DNA from: Nymphaea colorata
Lineage: Eukaryota
NCBI RefSeq assembly: GCF_008831285.2
Contig: NC_045138.2
Span: 23,994,001-24,058,000 of the forward strand
Length of the DNA: 64,000 nucleotides
Direction of reading: 5' to 3'
Shown: positions 49,311 through 63,853 of the stretch, one piece after another
How positions within the stretch are numbered: position 1 is the stretch's first letter
Layout: the number at the start of each line of letters is the position of its first letter
Translations under genes and position numbers: made by a program
The notes under the pieces: generated by a model
Told to the model about the DNA's origin: nothing
Databases searched by the model: none
What the model saw: the letters and a program-made list of their open reading frames with translations, nothing else

Positions 49311-52300
49311 CCTAATCAGTAGCCTACATTCACACAGAAGACAGCACAATGGCTGCTTTCACACACTAACAACAACGAGTTCTTTTACAGGTGAGAGAAT
49401 AAAAAGAACTTCACACACATCCACCATAAGAGAACTAACAAAAGGTAGGAGATGATAGCTTTCCAAAAATAACTGCCAACATGAAAATGAAAAACCAGAA
49501 AATGAGACACGTCCTTATAAATATAACTGTTAACAAAGAGACGTGCATAAAACCCTTTCTTCAACACTCCCCTTCAAGTGGGGCATAGAGATTATACCAA
49601 CCCCACTTGAACTTTAGCTCCTCAAGCCGTTTCATATCCAAGCCTTTAGTTAATCCATCAACAAGTTGATCATTGCTTTTAGTATATGGAGTTGTAATCA
49701 CCTTTTACTGAACATGTTCACGCACATAATGGCAGTCAATTTCTATGTGTTTAGTGTGCTCATGAAAGACTGAATTAGCTGTAATATGTATCGCTACTTG
49801 ATTGTCACAATGCATAGGAACTGTTTTTCAACTTTGAGTATCATTTCACAAATGAGAGATTTAACTCAAACAAGTTCACTTATTGTAGTAGCCATTGCTC
49901 TATATTATGCTTCTGCCGTGGATCGTGATACTGTATATTATTTTTACTTTTCCAAGTCACTAAATTTCTTCCAACAAAAACATAATATCTTGATATGGAT
50001 TTTCTATTTGTGCTGTCATCCCAATCAGCATATGTGAATCCTCTAATATCAATGTTTCCATTTGCCTTGTACCATAATCCTTGACATGGAGAGCCTTTCA
50101 AATATCTCAAAATTCTATCAATAGTCTTCATATGTATATTCTTAGGGGAATGCATAAACTGACTGACCCGACTAACGGCAAACGAAATATCAGGTCATGT
50201 TATTGTGAGATAAATCAGTCTTCCAACCAATCGTTGATATCTAGAAACATCTCCCAGAGCTTCATTATCTTCCACATTCGATTTTATATAGGGTTCAATA
50301 GGTGTCAATGTAGGTTTAGCTCCAAGTTTTCTTGTCTCATTGAGAAGATCGAGGTTATTTTTTCTTTGAAACATAAAGATGTCTTTTTTTTATTTAGATA
50401 TTTCTATCCCAAGAAAATATCTCAACTTTCCAAAATCTTTTATTTCAAAAGTTTGGTGAAAGAATTGTTTGGTGGCAGAAATCTGGTCATGATCATTTCC
50501 TGTTACAATAATATCATCCACATAAACAAGAATTATCACTATTGTCTTTTCAACATTTTTGATAAATACTAAGTTGTCTGCAAGACTACGTTTGAATCTT
50601 CTGTCTTCTAAAGCAGTGCTTAGTTTTTGATGTCACGCATGAGGAGATTGTTTAAGACCATATATAGACTTTTTGAGTTTGCACACTAAGTTTAGTTTTC
50701 CTTCTTGTGGATGCCCTAAAGGTAATTGCATATATACTTTATCATTCAAATCACCTTATAGAGATGCATTTTTCATATCTAACTGAAACAGTTCTCAATT
50801 AAAATTGCAAGTAATAGATAAAATAATCCTGACAGTGTTCATTTTAACAACAGGAGCAAATGTTTCATCACAGTCTAATCCATGAGTTTGAGTGTAGCCT
50901 TTTGCTACAAGCCAAGCTCTGTGTCGCTCTATGGTACCATCACTATAATACTTGGTTTTTAAAATCCACCTATAGACAATCACCTTCCTATCATTTGGCA
51001 CTTGAACCAGTTCCCAAGTGTTATTTTTGTGAAGAGTATTTAGCTCTTCGTTAATCGCTTGTACCCAAACACAGTTCTTCGTAGCTTCTTCATAGAAATT
51101 CCGATCAACAACTTTAGATATATTGCTCAAGTATGCAACATGCTTGGATGATACCCGATCATAGCATAGATAATGACTAATTGAAAATGTTTGAGTAGAA
51201 TAAGTAACATAGTCTTGCAAATACCTTGGAGGGAATGTATCCCTTTAATATTGTTAAAGTTCTTTTTAGAGTCAATTTGAGGCTTTCTGTAATATTAGAA
51301 AGTGGACTAGGGACTACTTATTGTTTTCTAATATTTTAGTGGACTGAAATTGTAAATATGTAGTCTTTACCCTAATCTCTTTTAACCTGAGATTAGGGTT
51401 ACGGGATCAATAAGAAAAACGACTCTCTCTCTCTGATTTCAACATGGTATCAGAGCCTCCACCACCGGCGACAACCAAGTAAGTTTTCTGATGACTCCTT
51501 CTCCGGTGACTTCTTCCTCCAACGGCTTCTTTCTCTTTCCTCTTCTCATCGCCCATCTTTATTTCTTCTTACCCACCAACAAGGAGGCGGTAAAGAAATA
51601 AAGTTTGTGTGTGCTGCGTGGAGAAGGACTGATCACGCCTATGTAGAAGGCGTGATCAGATCCATAAGTGATCTTGTGGCAGCTGTTTGATATGAGGAAA
51701 AATAGATCGTGTGGAGCAGATCTGTTTTTTTATGATGATTGAGGTGTGATGAATGTGGATTTCTCTTTGAAGTGGATGATGTTCTGCCTATGGTGTGTGA
51801 GGAGACTAAAAACAACAACAGTTTCAGTTTTATAAAGGTGTAAACAGTCGGCAGAAAGCAGAATTTGCGTTGACGGTGTGTGAGGAAACTGAAAACAGTA
51901 GCTGTTTCAGTTTTTGATGGTGTAAACAGTTGACAGATAGCAGCAGAAACTGGAAATCAATAGCAGTCGACCAAGAATAACAAAAAAAAATTATATTTTG
52001 TAATCTATCTTCTACTCTCCGTTATGCTGTTCAGACGTGGGCAATTCCTATGATTACAAATTTGTTTGCTATCCATCATGCTACTCTCTGTTATGTTGTT
52101 TTGATGTGGGCAGTTCTTGTGATTACAGAATTGTTTTTTGCTATCTATCATGTTATGCTTGTATGATCTTTGAGGATAGTAGAAATATATTTCTCTTTGG
52201 TATTTGACTGTTGCATACTTGCATCCTTACTATCGTGTGTCAGTTTTCTTTCTGTTTCCTACTATGGCTGACGGTAGTAGGTTAGAAAGTCCTAATGAAT

Positions 52301-55300
52301 ATAAGATGACTGGTAACTCCTTTTCGTATGGAACCACAATCAAACTTGACGGTTCAAATTACGAAATCTGGTCCAGGGTGTTTATGATGTTTGTGGCTGG
52401 TCATAGAAAGAAATATATTATTGAAGAAGATGAACCCTTGAGAAAAAAGGAAAATATGCTGCGTGGGATGAAGATAACAACATTGTAATGGCATGGATTA
52501 TGAATAGTGTAGAGTCCCGTATAGCTCCAACAATTACATACTACACCAAAGCTAAAGATATGTGGTCTTTCCTGAAGAAGACGTATTCTCATGCTACTAA
52601 TGTTATTAAAATTTTACAATTGGAAGAAGAGCTTTGTAACATACGGCAAGGAGATCAAAATCTGCCACAATATTTTGCTACATTGACGGCTGCATATGAA
52701 CGGTTAAAAGCTCTTCGTCCACCTTGCAAGCATCGTTATGCGTCACATTTTGAAACTGGTATGGTAGCAAAGTTTCTTTCTGGGTTATCTTTGGAGTATT
52801 CTGTGGCGAAGTCTCAAATTCTCACAGGCAATGACCTCCCAGACTTAGCAGATACTTATAATAGGTTGAGTCGTCTTGCAGTCACTCTTACTTAGCCTAT
52901 GCATGACACCCTGTCTCTGCAATTGTGATGTCAGGAGGACGTAGTAATAGTTCTTTTGTTGGAACTAGGGGATGTGGTGCAGGACGTGGTGCCGGACGTG
53001 GGAGATTTCAGTGCTCTCATTGTGGTAAATTAGGGCATCTAGAGGACCGATGTTGGGACAAGCATCCTTATCTCCGTTCTGCTAGTCCACCAGGACGTAG
53101 TGGAGGGAGAACGAGTACAGGGAAAGGGTCTTCTTCATCTACTGCAACTTCCTCACAGGCTACAGCTTCTATGGTTGAGTCTCCTACATGTTCTCCATCG
53201 TATTCACTCAACTTAAGCAAGGAAGAATATGAGTTGGTTCTAGCTCAGAGGTCTACCCTTGCTTCGACCAACACAGCTGCAATAGACTCGGCTTTCTTTG
53301 TTGGTGCCCCTACCAGTGACCCAGGTATGATATGGATGATTGACTCAGGAGCATCCACGTATTGTTGTAATCAGCCACAGATGTTTTTATCTTCCACCAC
53401 AGCACATCAGGTTGGCTGATGGCAAGTTGTCCCCTATCTTGGGCAGCGGTGATATCTACCTCACACCTTTTGGCACCATTACACATGTGCTATATGCTCC
53501 TCGATTTCCTGTTAACCTGTTATCTGTTAAGCAATTGACTAGAGATTTACAGTGTAGAGTCATTTTTTATCCTGGTTCATGTTCTTTTTAGGACTTACAA
53601 ACTGGAAAGATGATTGGTGGCGGCCATGAACGCAAGGGGCTCTATTTCCTGTCTGTCCCTGTAGATGTTGCTGCATCCTCTGTCACATCGAAGCCTTCTC
53701 CTTTGCAATGGCATCTCAGACTAGGTCATCCATCTGTGTCCAAGCTTCGTTGCATCTTTTCAGATATTTCTGCATCAGAGTCTTTTTTATGTGATGCATG
53801 CCAGTTAGGCAAGCATACACGTAGTAGTTTCCCTTCGAGTCAAAGTCCATCGAGTCAAAGTCCGTTTGATCTTTTTCAAGTTGATGTTTGTGGTCCAAGT
53901 AAAGTTTCATTTTGTTTACGTTTCTAGTATTACCTTGTTTTGGTTGATGATTTCACTAGAGTCAGTTGCGTATTTTTGTTAGGGGACAGGTCTGAGGTCA
54001 TTTGTATCCTTCAGAAATTTGTCAATGAAATAAAAACTCAGTTTGGTGTTACTGTCAAAAATATCTGCACTGATAATGCTCTTGAATTTAAATTTTCAGT
54101 TCTACTTCAATTTTATGTCAATCATGGGATTCGACCACAATATACATGTCCCCACACATCCCAACAAAATGGTGTTGCTGAACGCAAACATCGACAGCTT
54201 CTAAATGTGGCCCGCACCCTCATGTTGCATACCCATATGCCTGCCCACTTTTGGGGTGATGCCATTCTTACCGCTTGCTACCTCACCAATCGATTGCCCT
54301 CGTCTGCTATCCAAGAATGCATCCTCATTCAAATACTATATCCAGATCGACCATTGTTTCATATACCTCTCAAAGTATTTGGATGCACTTGCTTTGCACA
54401 TATCTTGGGCCCAAACAAAAACAAACTTGCTGCCCAAGCTGTCAAATGTGTGTTCATTGGATATTCTGTCAATCAAAAAGGCTATTGTTGCTTTGATCCC
54501 CATAGCAAGAAAGAGATTGTCAGTGCGGATGTTACATTCTTTGAGTCTCGTCGTTATTTTTTCGCTCCAAGTACCACTGTGTCTGAGCTTCTCGTGTCTG
54601 TTCCTCTTCCTATTCCCCCAGTATCACTTGAATCTATCCCGTCCTCGCAACCACTATCAGGTGATCGTTTTCTTGATCCTCCACCAGTCTATACTCGGCA
54701 TCAAGGTCTCTCTTCAAACCGCCCACCAGCATCTTCTCATGAGGTAAGTTACTATGATAAGGCTGACTTAGGAAGGAATGATGACTATTCTGCAGATGAT
54801 CTACCTGTTGCTATTCGCAAGGGCCAACGACAATGCACAAGGCATCCAATTTCTAACTCGGTTTCTACGGACCATTTGAGTACAAGTTTGGTGCAGTTTG
54901 ATCGAGTTATGGCTAGTCACACTATTCCGACCTCTCACCACCAAGCGTTATTAGATTCACGATGGAAGCATGCTATGCAGGAGGAAATGGATGTTCTTCT
55001 TTCTAGGGAGACTTGGGACTTGGTGGACCCACCGATGAATTGTGATGTTGTTAGCTCCAAATGGGTATTCACCATCAAATATCATTCTGATGGATCCGTA
55101 GAGCGATTCAAAGCTCGTCTTGTTGCTAAAGGCTATACACAGACTTATGGGGTAGACTTCTTCGAGACGTTTTCGCCTGTGGCATGGCTAGGTACTATTC
55201 GCCTAGTTATATCTCTCGTAGTCCAGCAAGATTGGCCTCTTTTTCAGCTTGATGTGAAAAATGCATTTCTATATGGTGATCTCTCTGAAACAGCCTAATG

Positions 55301-58300
55301 CAACAACCACCTGGTTTTGAACGACAGGGGGAGTGTTCCAAGGTTTGCAAACTAAAAAAAGCTATCTATGGACTTAAACAAAGTCCCTGTGCATGGTTCC
55401 ATAAGCTTAGTGAAGTTGTCTCTAAATGTGGATTTCAAAGATCTCAGCTTGATCATTCGTTATTTATCAAGAGAGGGACTTCTGATATAGTGATATTAAT
55501 TGTATATGTTGATGATATTGTCATCACTGGAGAAAGTACTCAAGAGATAGCTCAAACAAAGGAGTTTCTACAGAAACACTTTGTTACAAAAGATCTTGGT
55601 CAACTTCGTTATTTTCTTTGTATTGAAATGGCTCGTAGTAGTAAAGGGATTGTGATGTCTCAAAGGAAATATGTTCTTGATCTTCTGCAGAAAACAGGGT
55701 TATTGGGAGCCAAACCTGCTACACTTCTTATGAATCCTCGAATTCATATGCACGATGATGAATCAAAGGCTTTTGACTCTCGTTCTTACAAATCCCTGAT
55801 AGGAAAACTTTTATATTTGACCATTACTCGTCCAGACATCAGCTTTGCTGTAAATAAGCTGAGTCAATTCATGGAGAAACCTCGAAAAGTACATTGGGAG
55901 GCTGATTTAATGGTGATAAAATACTTGAAATCGGCTCCCAGAAAGGGGTTATGGTTCAAAAAAAGGAGAATGTGTGGACATAGAAGCATATAGTGATGTT
56001 GATTATGCAGGGTCAATAAATGACAGGAGATCTACTACAGGATTTTGCATCTTTATTGGTAGGAAACTTATCTTTTGGAGGAGCAAGAAACAGAATGTGG
56101 TTGCTAGATCGAGTGCCAAGTTTGAATATAGGGCAATGGCTCAAACGGCTGCTGAAATATCATGGGTCAAATCAGTGCTTCTAGAATTGGAAATATCAGT
56201 GAAACTTTCTATGAAGATGTATTGTGATAACAGAGCAGCTACCTATATTGTAAATAACCATGTTTTTCATGAGAGGACGAAACACATTGAGTGGATTGCC
56301 ATTATGTTCGAGACTTGGTACAAGAAGGAGTCATTAGCACAATTCATGTTTCCTCTGAAGATCAAGCAGCTGATATGTTTACTAAGGCTCTTTCCATTGG
56401 AGATTTCTTGAGATGATGTAACAAGCCGAGCATGATTGATATCTATGCTCCAGCTTGAGGGGGGTGCTAAATTTCTTTTTAGAGTCAATTTGAGGCTTTC
56501 TGTAATATTAAAAAGTGGACTAGGGACTATTTATTGTTTTCTAATATTTTAGTGGACTGAAATTATAAATATGTAGTCTTTACCCTAATCTCTTTTAACC
56601 TGAGATTATGGTTACGGGATCAATAAGAAAAATGACTCTCTCTCTGATTTCAACAAATAACTTCTCACTAGTCTCTAGAAATGAATTTTGGATAGCTTCA
56701 CCCTCGTTAAAAACACCATCATCAGCATCACCTTCATCTGTTACCTCATTAAGGTCTGCTTGTGGTTTAGGGGAAGCAATAAACACATCAAACTTTTTCT
56801 AGTCCTCCATTGTAGGTGTAGTATTATGGTTTAATGACTCCCTATTTCACTCAATGGTCTTAAAGAATGGTTCCTACTCATCAAAACAAATATCTAGTGA
56901 GATCAACACTTGGTTGGTTTCTAATCAAAGCACTGATATCTTTTTTTTTTATGAAGAATATCCCAAGAAGACACACTGTTTGGCTCTTTGACTTAATTTG
57001 TCACATCCTTTGAATTTGACAAAAACTAGACACCCAAAAGTCCTTAAGTGTGTAATTTTGATAGGTATATTCATAAAAAATTTCATTGGAAATTTATTAT
57101 TCAAATGTCTTGACAGAAGCATGTTTATAATATAACATGTTGTCGTAACTGCATCACTCCAAAACCTTTTTTGTACTGACATTTGGAATAGTAATGAGTG
57201 AGTAGTTTCTAAGAGATGTTTATTTTTTCCTTTTGAGAGTATTTACATGTAAATTGATGAGTAATGTCATGCATTTTCTCAAATTGACCAAATTCTTGAT
57301 TTTTGTATTCAGTTCCATTGTTTGATCTTAGGATCTTCACACGAGCATTATACTAAGTTTCAATCATCTTGAAAAACTCACAAAACTTTGAAAAAACTTC
57401 ATTTTTAGATTTTCAACAAGTACAATCATGTTATTTTATAACAATCATCAATGAAAGTCACATAGTAACGATATCTACTATAAGAATTAACAGGCGCAAG
57501 GCCCCAAACATCAGAATGCACTAACTCAAACAAAGTGTTAGTATGATTTTCTATAATACCAAATGGTAATCTAGACAACTTGGCAAATTTGCAAATGTCA
57601 CACAGCTGCAAATTAAACACTAACTCAGGCATTAGAACTTTCAAAGTTTGACTTAACACATATCTAAGGCGCTGGTGCCATAACTCTCCATTTGATTTAA
57701 AACTTGTGACTAGTGCACTACTTGTGTTGTCCAGCCAATAAACGTCGCGGTGTAATTCTTTCTTACCAATCATCTTCCTCGTCGTAATGTCTTGAATAAT
57801 CACATTAGTTGGAGAGAAAGTAACACAACAAGTAAGTTCTCTTATAAGTTTCGATATAGATAACATATTAGAATTCAAATCTGGCATGTGTAGAATTTTG
57901 GAGCTAAATGGCTGATTTAAAAAAGACATTTCACCAATACCACTCACATGCATAGAATACCTATTTGCTATAGTAACAGATTAATCAATATAATGAGTGG
58001 AATAGTTCATGAGTAGAAGTCGATCCATGGTCATGTAGTCACTCGCCCCGGAGTCCAAAACCCAAGTATTAGAAAACATACTTTTAGGGTTACACCGAGT
58101 AGAATTACTTGCTGATCAAGCCATGGCTTTTTGCTTGACAGACATGTGCTTTAGCAATTCTAAAATCTTTTCTATGATAGTTGTAGCATCATTAGTCTCT
58201 TTAGATTTTGTAGCAGCCACTTTTGTCAAGGATGAAGTTTCTCTAAATTTTTCAAATGGTGATTTCTTAGGTTCTGGTCTCCCCTACAAAAACTAACATC

Positions 58301-59919
58301 GCTCGCGCAAGTGTCCCTCCTTTTTACAATAGGTGCAAACTCTCTTCATTTTTTCTTTCCATCGGTTAAACCCATTTTGGTTCTCAGCAGCCACAAATGC
58401 AACTTTATCATTAGATTCTTCCCCCTTTGGCAGCGAAGGAATCATGACCTGCTTCCTTGATTCATCACTCATTAATGAAGAACAAATGGTGGATAATGAT
58501 GACAGTGATATATGCATAAAAATCTATTGCTGTATTGGTTCATATTATGTACCAAGACTATTAAGTAATTGAAAAAATTTTTGCTGCTTACATAAACAAT
58601 CTCAGGTTTGCAGACTTTCAGTCATATTAACTAAGTAGTCTAACTCGTCCCACAACCCTTGAAGATCACCAAGATGTTCATCAAAACTAGTTTTGTGATC
58701 TTTCTTTATACTGTAAAATTTTTTTGACAAATAAAACATCCTACCAATATTGTTTTTCTCAATATACAACTATTTATCTTTTTTCCAAATTTGTGCGGCA
58801 GTTTCAACAAAGGAAAAACCTTGTTGAATTCTCGGTTCCATAGAATTCATCAACCAATACATGACCATGTGATTGGTCATCTTCCACTCCTTGTAGAATG
58901 AGATATTCTCATCTAGTTTTAGGAGGTCACCAGTAACATATTCAAGTTTTGATTTTCCACTCAAAAATAACGTTGCTGATTTTGACCATGCAAGATAATG
59001 TATCCCATTGAGAAGCACCGACGTGATTTTAATAGCAGTATTGGGTTGCTCTTAAACAACAATCTTCTCAATGACTCGATTGTTACATGTTTCAGCCATG
59101 ATGCTCATGAAGATGAGAATAAGGAGATCATATATGCTCAGGCATCATCCAGGACCAGCAAACACTCGCTGAACTTTTAAAAATCACCTCCAACTCGGAT
59201 AAATCTGAAAATTGGACAGGAACTCACTGACGGGGTGAGGAGTGGACGCCCCTAGTTTCATATCCAAATGAGCATTGGAGAGAAATCGCGTGAAGGTTTC
59301 TTCTCGCCTTCTGGCTGTTCCTCATGTTCGCAGGAAACTTTAGAAACCTACGGTACTTGTAAAATCCACTGTTCTTCACAAGATCATCCAAAAAATCTGA
59401 AACTTGGTCCAAAAATAGTAAACACAACCTGAATCTAACGCCCCCTTCGACTCCAAAGAGGAATGCGTGAGAGAAAAATTCACACCTGGACAGAGGAGTT
59501 TGGTGTGTCTGCTCGACTCCTCGACAGAAATACACAGGAAGCTCTCTGAAACTTAGGATCAAAGCCCCAACAACCTCAGCGGAAGCACTTAATGCTCTGA
59601 TACCATGTTGAATAAGAGAAAAAGAAAGACAGAGCAAGCACACAAAGTTTAACTTTGTTCAGCCTGATCAGTGGCCTACGTCCACACACGAGACAACACA
59701 ATGGCTGTTTTCACACACTAACAACAACGAGTTCTTTTACAGGTGAGAAAACAAAAAAAAAACTTCACACACCTCCACCATAAGAGAATCAACAAAAGGT
59801 AGGAGATGATAGTTGTCCAAAAATAACTGCCAACATAAAAATAAAGAACCAGAAAATGAGACACTTCCTATAAATATAATTGTTAAAAAAGAGATGTGCA
59901 TAAAACCCTTTCTTCAACA
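49311..59919 (-). mobile_element. Copia element 4 (middle layer), inserted in element 3
   Basis: 5' LTR 59606-59919, PBS 59594-59605, PPT (CTCCCCTTCAAG on +) 49567-49578, 3' LTR 49311-49566 lacking about 55 bp at its outer end. Decayed gag-INT at about 59100-56660 and RT-RH at about 51240-49580. Confidence 0.93.
51252..56655 (+). mobile_element. Copia element 5 (inner layer; short LTRs, Ale/Retrofit-like), inserted in element 4
   Basis: LTRs 51252-51444 and 56465-56655, PBS 51445-51456, PPT TTGAGGGGGG 56455-56464, TSD AATAT/AATAA (1 mismatch). gag-pol 52264-56458 with CSHCGKLGHLEDRC, WMIDSGAS, QQNGVAERKHR, YVDDI; stops and frameshifts. Confidence 0.96.
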
Positions 59920-61380
59920 CATAGGCATATGAAAATTCTACACATCCCTCTTGTTATGATGGCTCCATAAGGCTTTGTATGGTCTTAAGTAAGCATAAAC
60001 AGCCTAGTACCAAGTGTTGAGCTCATCCCTTCTCCAGTTTGGACTTTATGAACCAACTACATATACATCATTATTTATTTTAAATCAAGGTTTATATTAT
60101 GATTTATAATGATGATATAATTATTACAGGGAGTTCCTCTTTATATAATCAACGATTACATCCAAATTGAGCACCAACTTCTCATTAAATGATCTTGGTC
60201 CTTTGCACTTCTTCCTAGGAGTTCAAGCTATTCAAACTAATAAAGGTTGTTTTTATCTCAGCATAAATATGCACTTGATCTCCTCACACGTTGCAATATG
60301 GATGGATCCAATCCAGTCAAAACTCCCCTGTCATTGTCCAGTTGCATTGTTAAAATAGACATGTGATTCTAAAATGTCACATTGTATGGCCACACAATTG
60401 GAGCATTACAATTTCTATCTCATACTCGACCAGACATCGCCTTTCAAGTCAATAAAATCTGTCAATTTATGCAAAGCCCAACTGTATGGATAGCTGTAAG
60501 AATCTTTCTCATGGCTTATTGATAAAGTCAAACTCGGCTTTCAACCTTGTCTATTTTGGCGCAGAGTAGGTAGTGTGCCCTGATGACCACCAATCTATAA
60601 GCATGTATGCTATTTTTCTTGGATCTAATCTCATTTCTTGAAGTTCTAAAAAAGCAATCAACTATTGCTCGATCCTCTACAGAAGTTGAATATCATTCAG
60701 AAGTTAATACTGTAAAAGAAATTTTATGGCTTGAATATTTGTTGACAGAACTTGGCATCCTGATCCACCATACTCTTACAATATGGTGCAATAATGTCAA
60801 GGCAGCATATTATCGACCAATCCAGCTATGCATCAGAAGAGTAAACATGTTGAAATTCACGTGCATTTCGTTCACCATCATGCAAGTCCAGGGAATTTAT
60901 GTGTTCAACATGTGTCGTCCTCACATCAACTATCTGATTCCCTTACTAAACCTCTACTTGATGAGCCATTCCTTAGACACATGGACAAACTCACCATTCT
61001 GGACCGTTGACTTTGTGAGGGGATGTTAGCAATATACATGCACATGGTAACCAACAAGCTCCATGTCAAACAAATAAAAAGAAATATAATTCTCAGCAAC
61101 AAGACTTTCCTAACGATAGTTAAAAAAAATGACAAGGTTGGATCCAAACATGAACATGGAGATAAAGAAAAGAGAGATAATTGTGGACCTAGACTATGTG
61201 AAAATCCACAAAATAAGGAGACAATATCTTGTAACGAAATGATAATACTAAAGGAGAAAATCTCTCCCACTTATGTACCTTGAGTTTTTTTATGTAGTAA
61301 GGAAACATCCACGGTGATAATAGAGTGGAGGCAAATTTGTGGAGGTATGTGCTTGACTCCGAATCATGCTAAAGTTGAGC

Positions 61381-61510
<130 letters not shown>

Positions 61511-61632
61511 TATCCTTCATTTAGTTGTAACTTATTACCGTAACAACTGAGTGAGTCCTCTCATCTTCCATAAGGTCATGGTTCAGGCTCATGGCCACAA
61601 CCCAACAAAGTTTAAGTCCAACCTCAAAATAT

Positions 61633-61672
<40 letters not shown>

Positions 61673-63579
61673 ATTCATAGAGAAGATGGGTATTGAAACT
61701 TTTAAATGTGTGGAATTTCCAAACTAGAGGCCTTATAATTAGCATTTGAATTTTCATCTCAGTCCATTGAGATGAATAACTTTTCATTGTGTAACATAGG
61801 ACCATAAACACGGGCATGCCTATATTTGAGCTATAATGCTTTCTCATGTTCGTCCCGATCAGTTAGGGATAAGTGTTGGATTTACTTCCTTAATCTAAGT
61901 TAACTAGTTGATTTTCGGGCCTTGACAAATGACAGACCATAAGAAAAAGAAGAATAAAGGCAAATGCAAAATAATACAATGCCAAATCCCAAGTCCATAC
62001 CCAAAGTATTTCCCACCCTCGACCTCTCTTTGATTGTAACTCCACGGTTGTAGACAAATGTAGTTTGCCACAGTTTTGTACTAGGCTCATATTCATCCAA
62101 ATCCAAACTCATAGGGAAAAACAGTCCGTTCCAAGACTCACATATGCATAAAGCTTAAGATGAGAACTGGATCACAGCTAGCTCACTGTACTTAGAGTTA
62201 GCGTTGTACTTTTTTGTTATTCGACGGTGAGTATGATTAAGATGGTCTATATCTGACTAATCATGAACTAGTAATTCATTGGATCTGACTCTATTTTCAA
62301 TTCACACGCCTAAGGGTTTGCATTTGTTCAACAAAGAAGTTAAATTTTGTCCCTGCTTAAAAGCCATATTGTACAAGAGTTGTTCACATTTTGATCTATC
62401 CAGCATCACATTCGAGTTGGGTGAGATGACCTGGGAGGGAAAATGATGAATTTGGATCCATTTAGCACCTTAGCTAGCTAATCAAATATGCTTAATCTTT
62501 AAACTAATGTGATCACCCATCAAATTTAGAGTCTAATGCTACATCAGAAATCTGTGTCTGATTTCTAATCAAAATAAAGTTGCATTTATGTGTGTGAAAA
62601 CCAGTCTTTTGTTGACATGCATAATAAGAAGTCAAAGACATTTCTGACCAGGTCCTAAAGAGGTTGGTCCTAGAATAGTTTGGTCCATATTCACCAGTAA
62701 AGCTTGGCTTCCAAATATCAGCAGCATTTGCCAACAAGTGCTCCATTTATCTCCAAATACCTTTAAGTTGAAGGAGCCAACAGTTCAATAATCTATGCTT
62801 AAATTGTAAAGGATGTCCGAAAAAACTAAATAAACATACTGCAACATTTTTTTAACTGCAAATGTTCATATACTTCATGGTGTCACTCTACTTGAAGTTA
62901 TTATTGTAATAATGACAAGATAGTGGTAGTTATTCTTCTTAAAACGACTAGAGCAACGTGCAATTTTCGGTTGTTTACATTCGTCTCGGACAATTTCTTG
63001 CCTGAATAAAAAATATTTCGCAACGAATGCTTCTTATAGCCCAGATGTGCTTATCACAGTCTGACAATGGTTAAGCAATACAAATCGCCTGACTACCCAT
63101 ATGCGTGTTTATAAACATATTGAAAACTTAAGCGCTCATTTCTTTTAACTTGTAGGTGTGCATTTTGAAGCACATGATGAAAAATGGCAATTATACAGCC
63201 GAATGTTATGTTTGTTCTTTGTGTTAAACTCTTCTTGATATTTCATGAAGATAAAGCAAAATAACATTAGTAAAATGTCATTAGATGTCATGTCATTAGA
63301 GACTCCATTCATCATGTTCATCAATAATTCCTTCAACGCCGCTCTACTGTTAGCACTTTGGCTAGTGGAGGTTCGCAACCTTGGGCACTTCTCTTTTCCT
63401 CGGTTTCTTTTTTTTTTTTTTTTTTTTTTAACAAGTTGGTAGCATCATGCCCCTCATTGTGGAGCCACATATAGGCAGGTGTGAGCATTTGCCAACACCA
63501 GCTTCACAAAGATCATGTATTTTCACATTAGTGCCTTAAACAATTTACTCATGACAGTTTTTTAATTACTGCCCTCAGC

Positions 63580-63853
63580 CAGAGGCAGAGCTACATATGG
63601 ACGGCTGTGGGCAGTTTCCAACACCATCCCCTTCAGGTTTCTTCATTTTTAAATATCTCTAAATATTTTGCTATATTATGTATATAAGTGCCCCTTCAAA
63701 CATGAAAAATCTGTGACTCCACTACTGCCCTCCAGTGAAACTTTCTAAAAGTTACATGTAATTTTTTTTTTCTTTTGAGGAGCCAGGGCCCATGCGAGCC
63801 CTTGGCTCCACCTCTGCCGCTCTCAACCCAAAATTTCTGGCTACACCACTACA
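63580..63853. mobile_element. Cluster of degenerate hAT-type MITE ends
   Basis: CAGAGGCAGAGCT at 63580 is approximately complementary to GACTCCACTACTG (ends 63727), GGCTCCACCTCTG (ends 63816) and GGCTACACCACTA (ends 63853). TSDs are ambiguous. Confidence 0.45.

Larger units (their letters stand above)
47293..61270 (+). mobile_element. Old, heavily decayed copia element (element 3; outer layer of the nest)
   Basis: gag/PR/INT remnants at about 47560-49310 (YYIIFVDYLSKFTW, FWSYALTIAIYLIN, KLGPKSKC). RT/RH remnants at 59920-61010 (KALYGLK, DLGPLHFFLG, ARSSTEVEY, KHVEI). PPT GAGGGGA before the LTR start TGTTAGCAATATAC at 61024; related truncated LTR start TGTTGGCAATATAC at 47293. Right end is approximate. 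Confidence 0.78.

Noticed and set aside
62513..62746. 77-aa minus-strand ORF (MEHLLANAADIW...)
   Set aside because: No recognisable homology or exon context.
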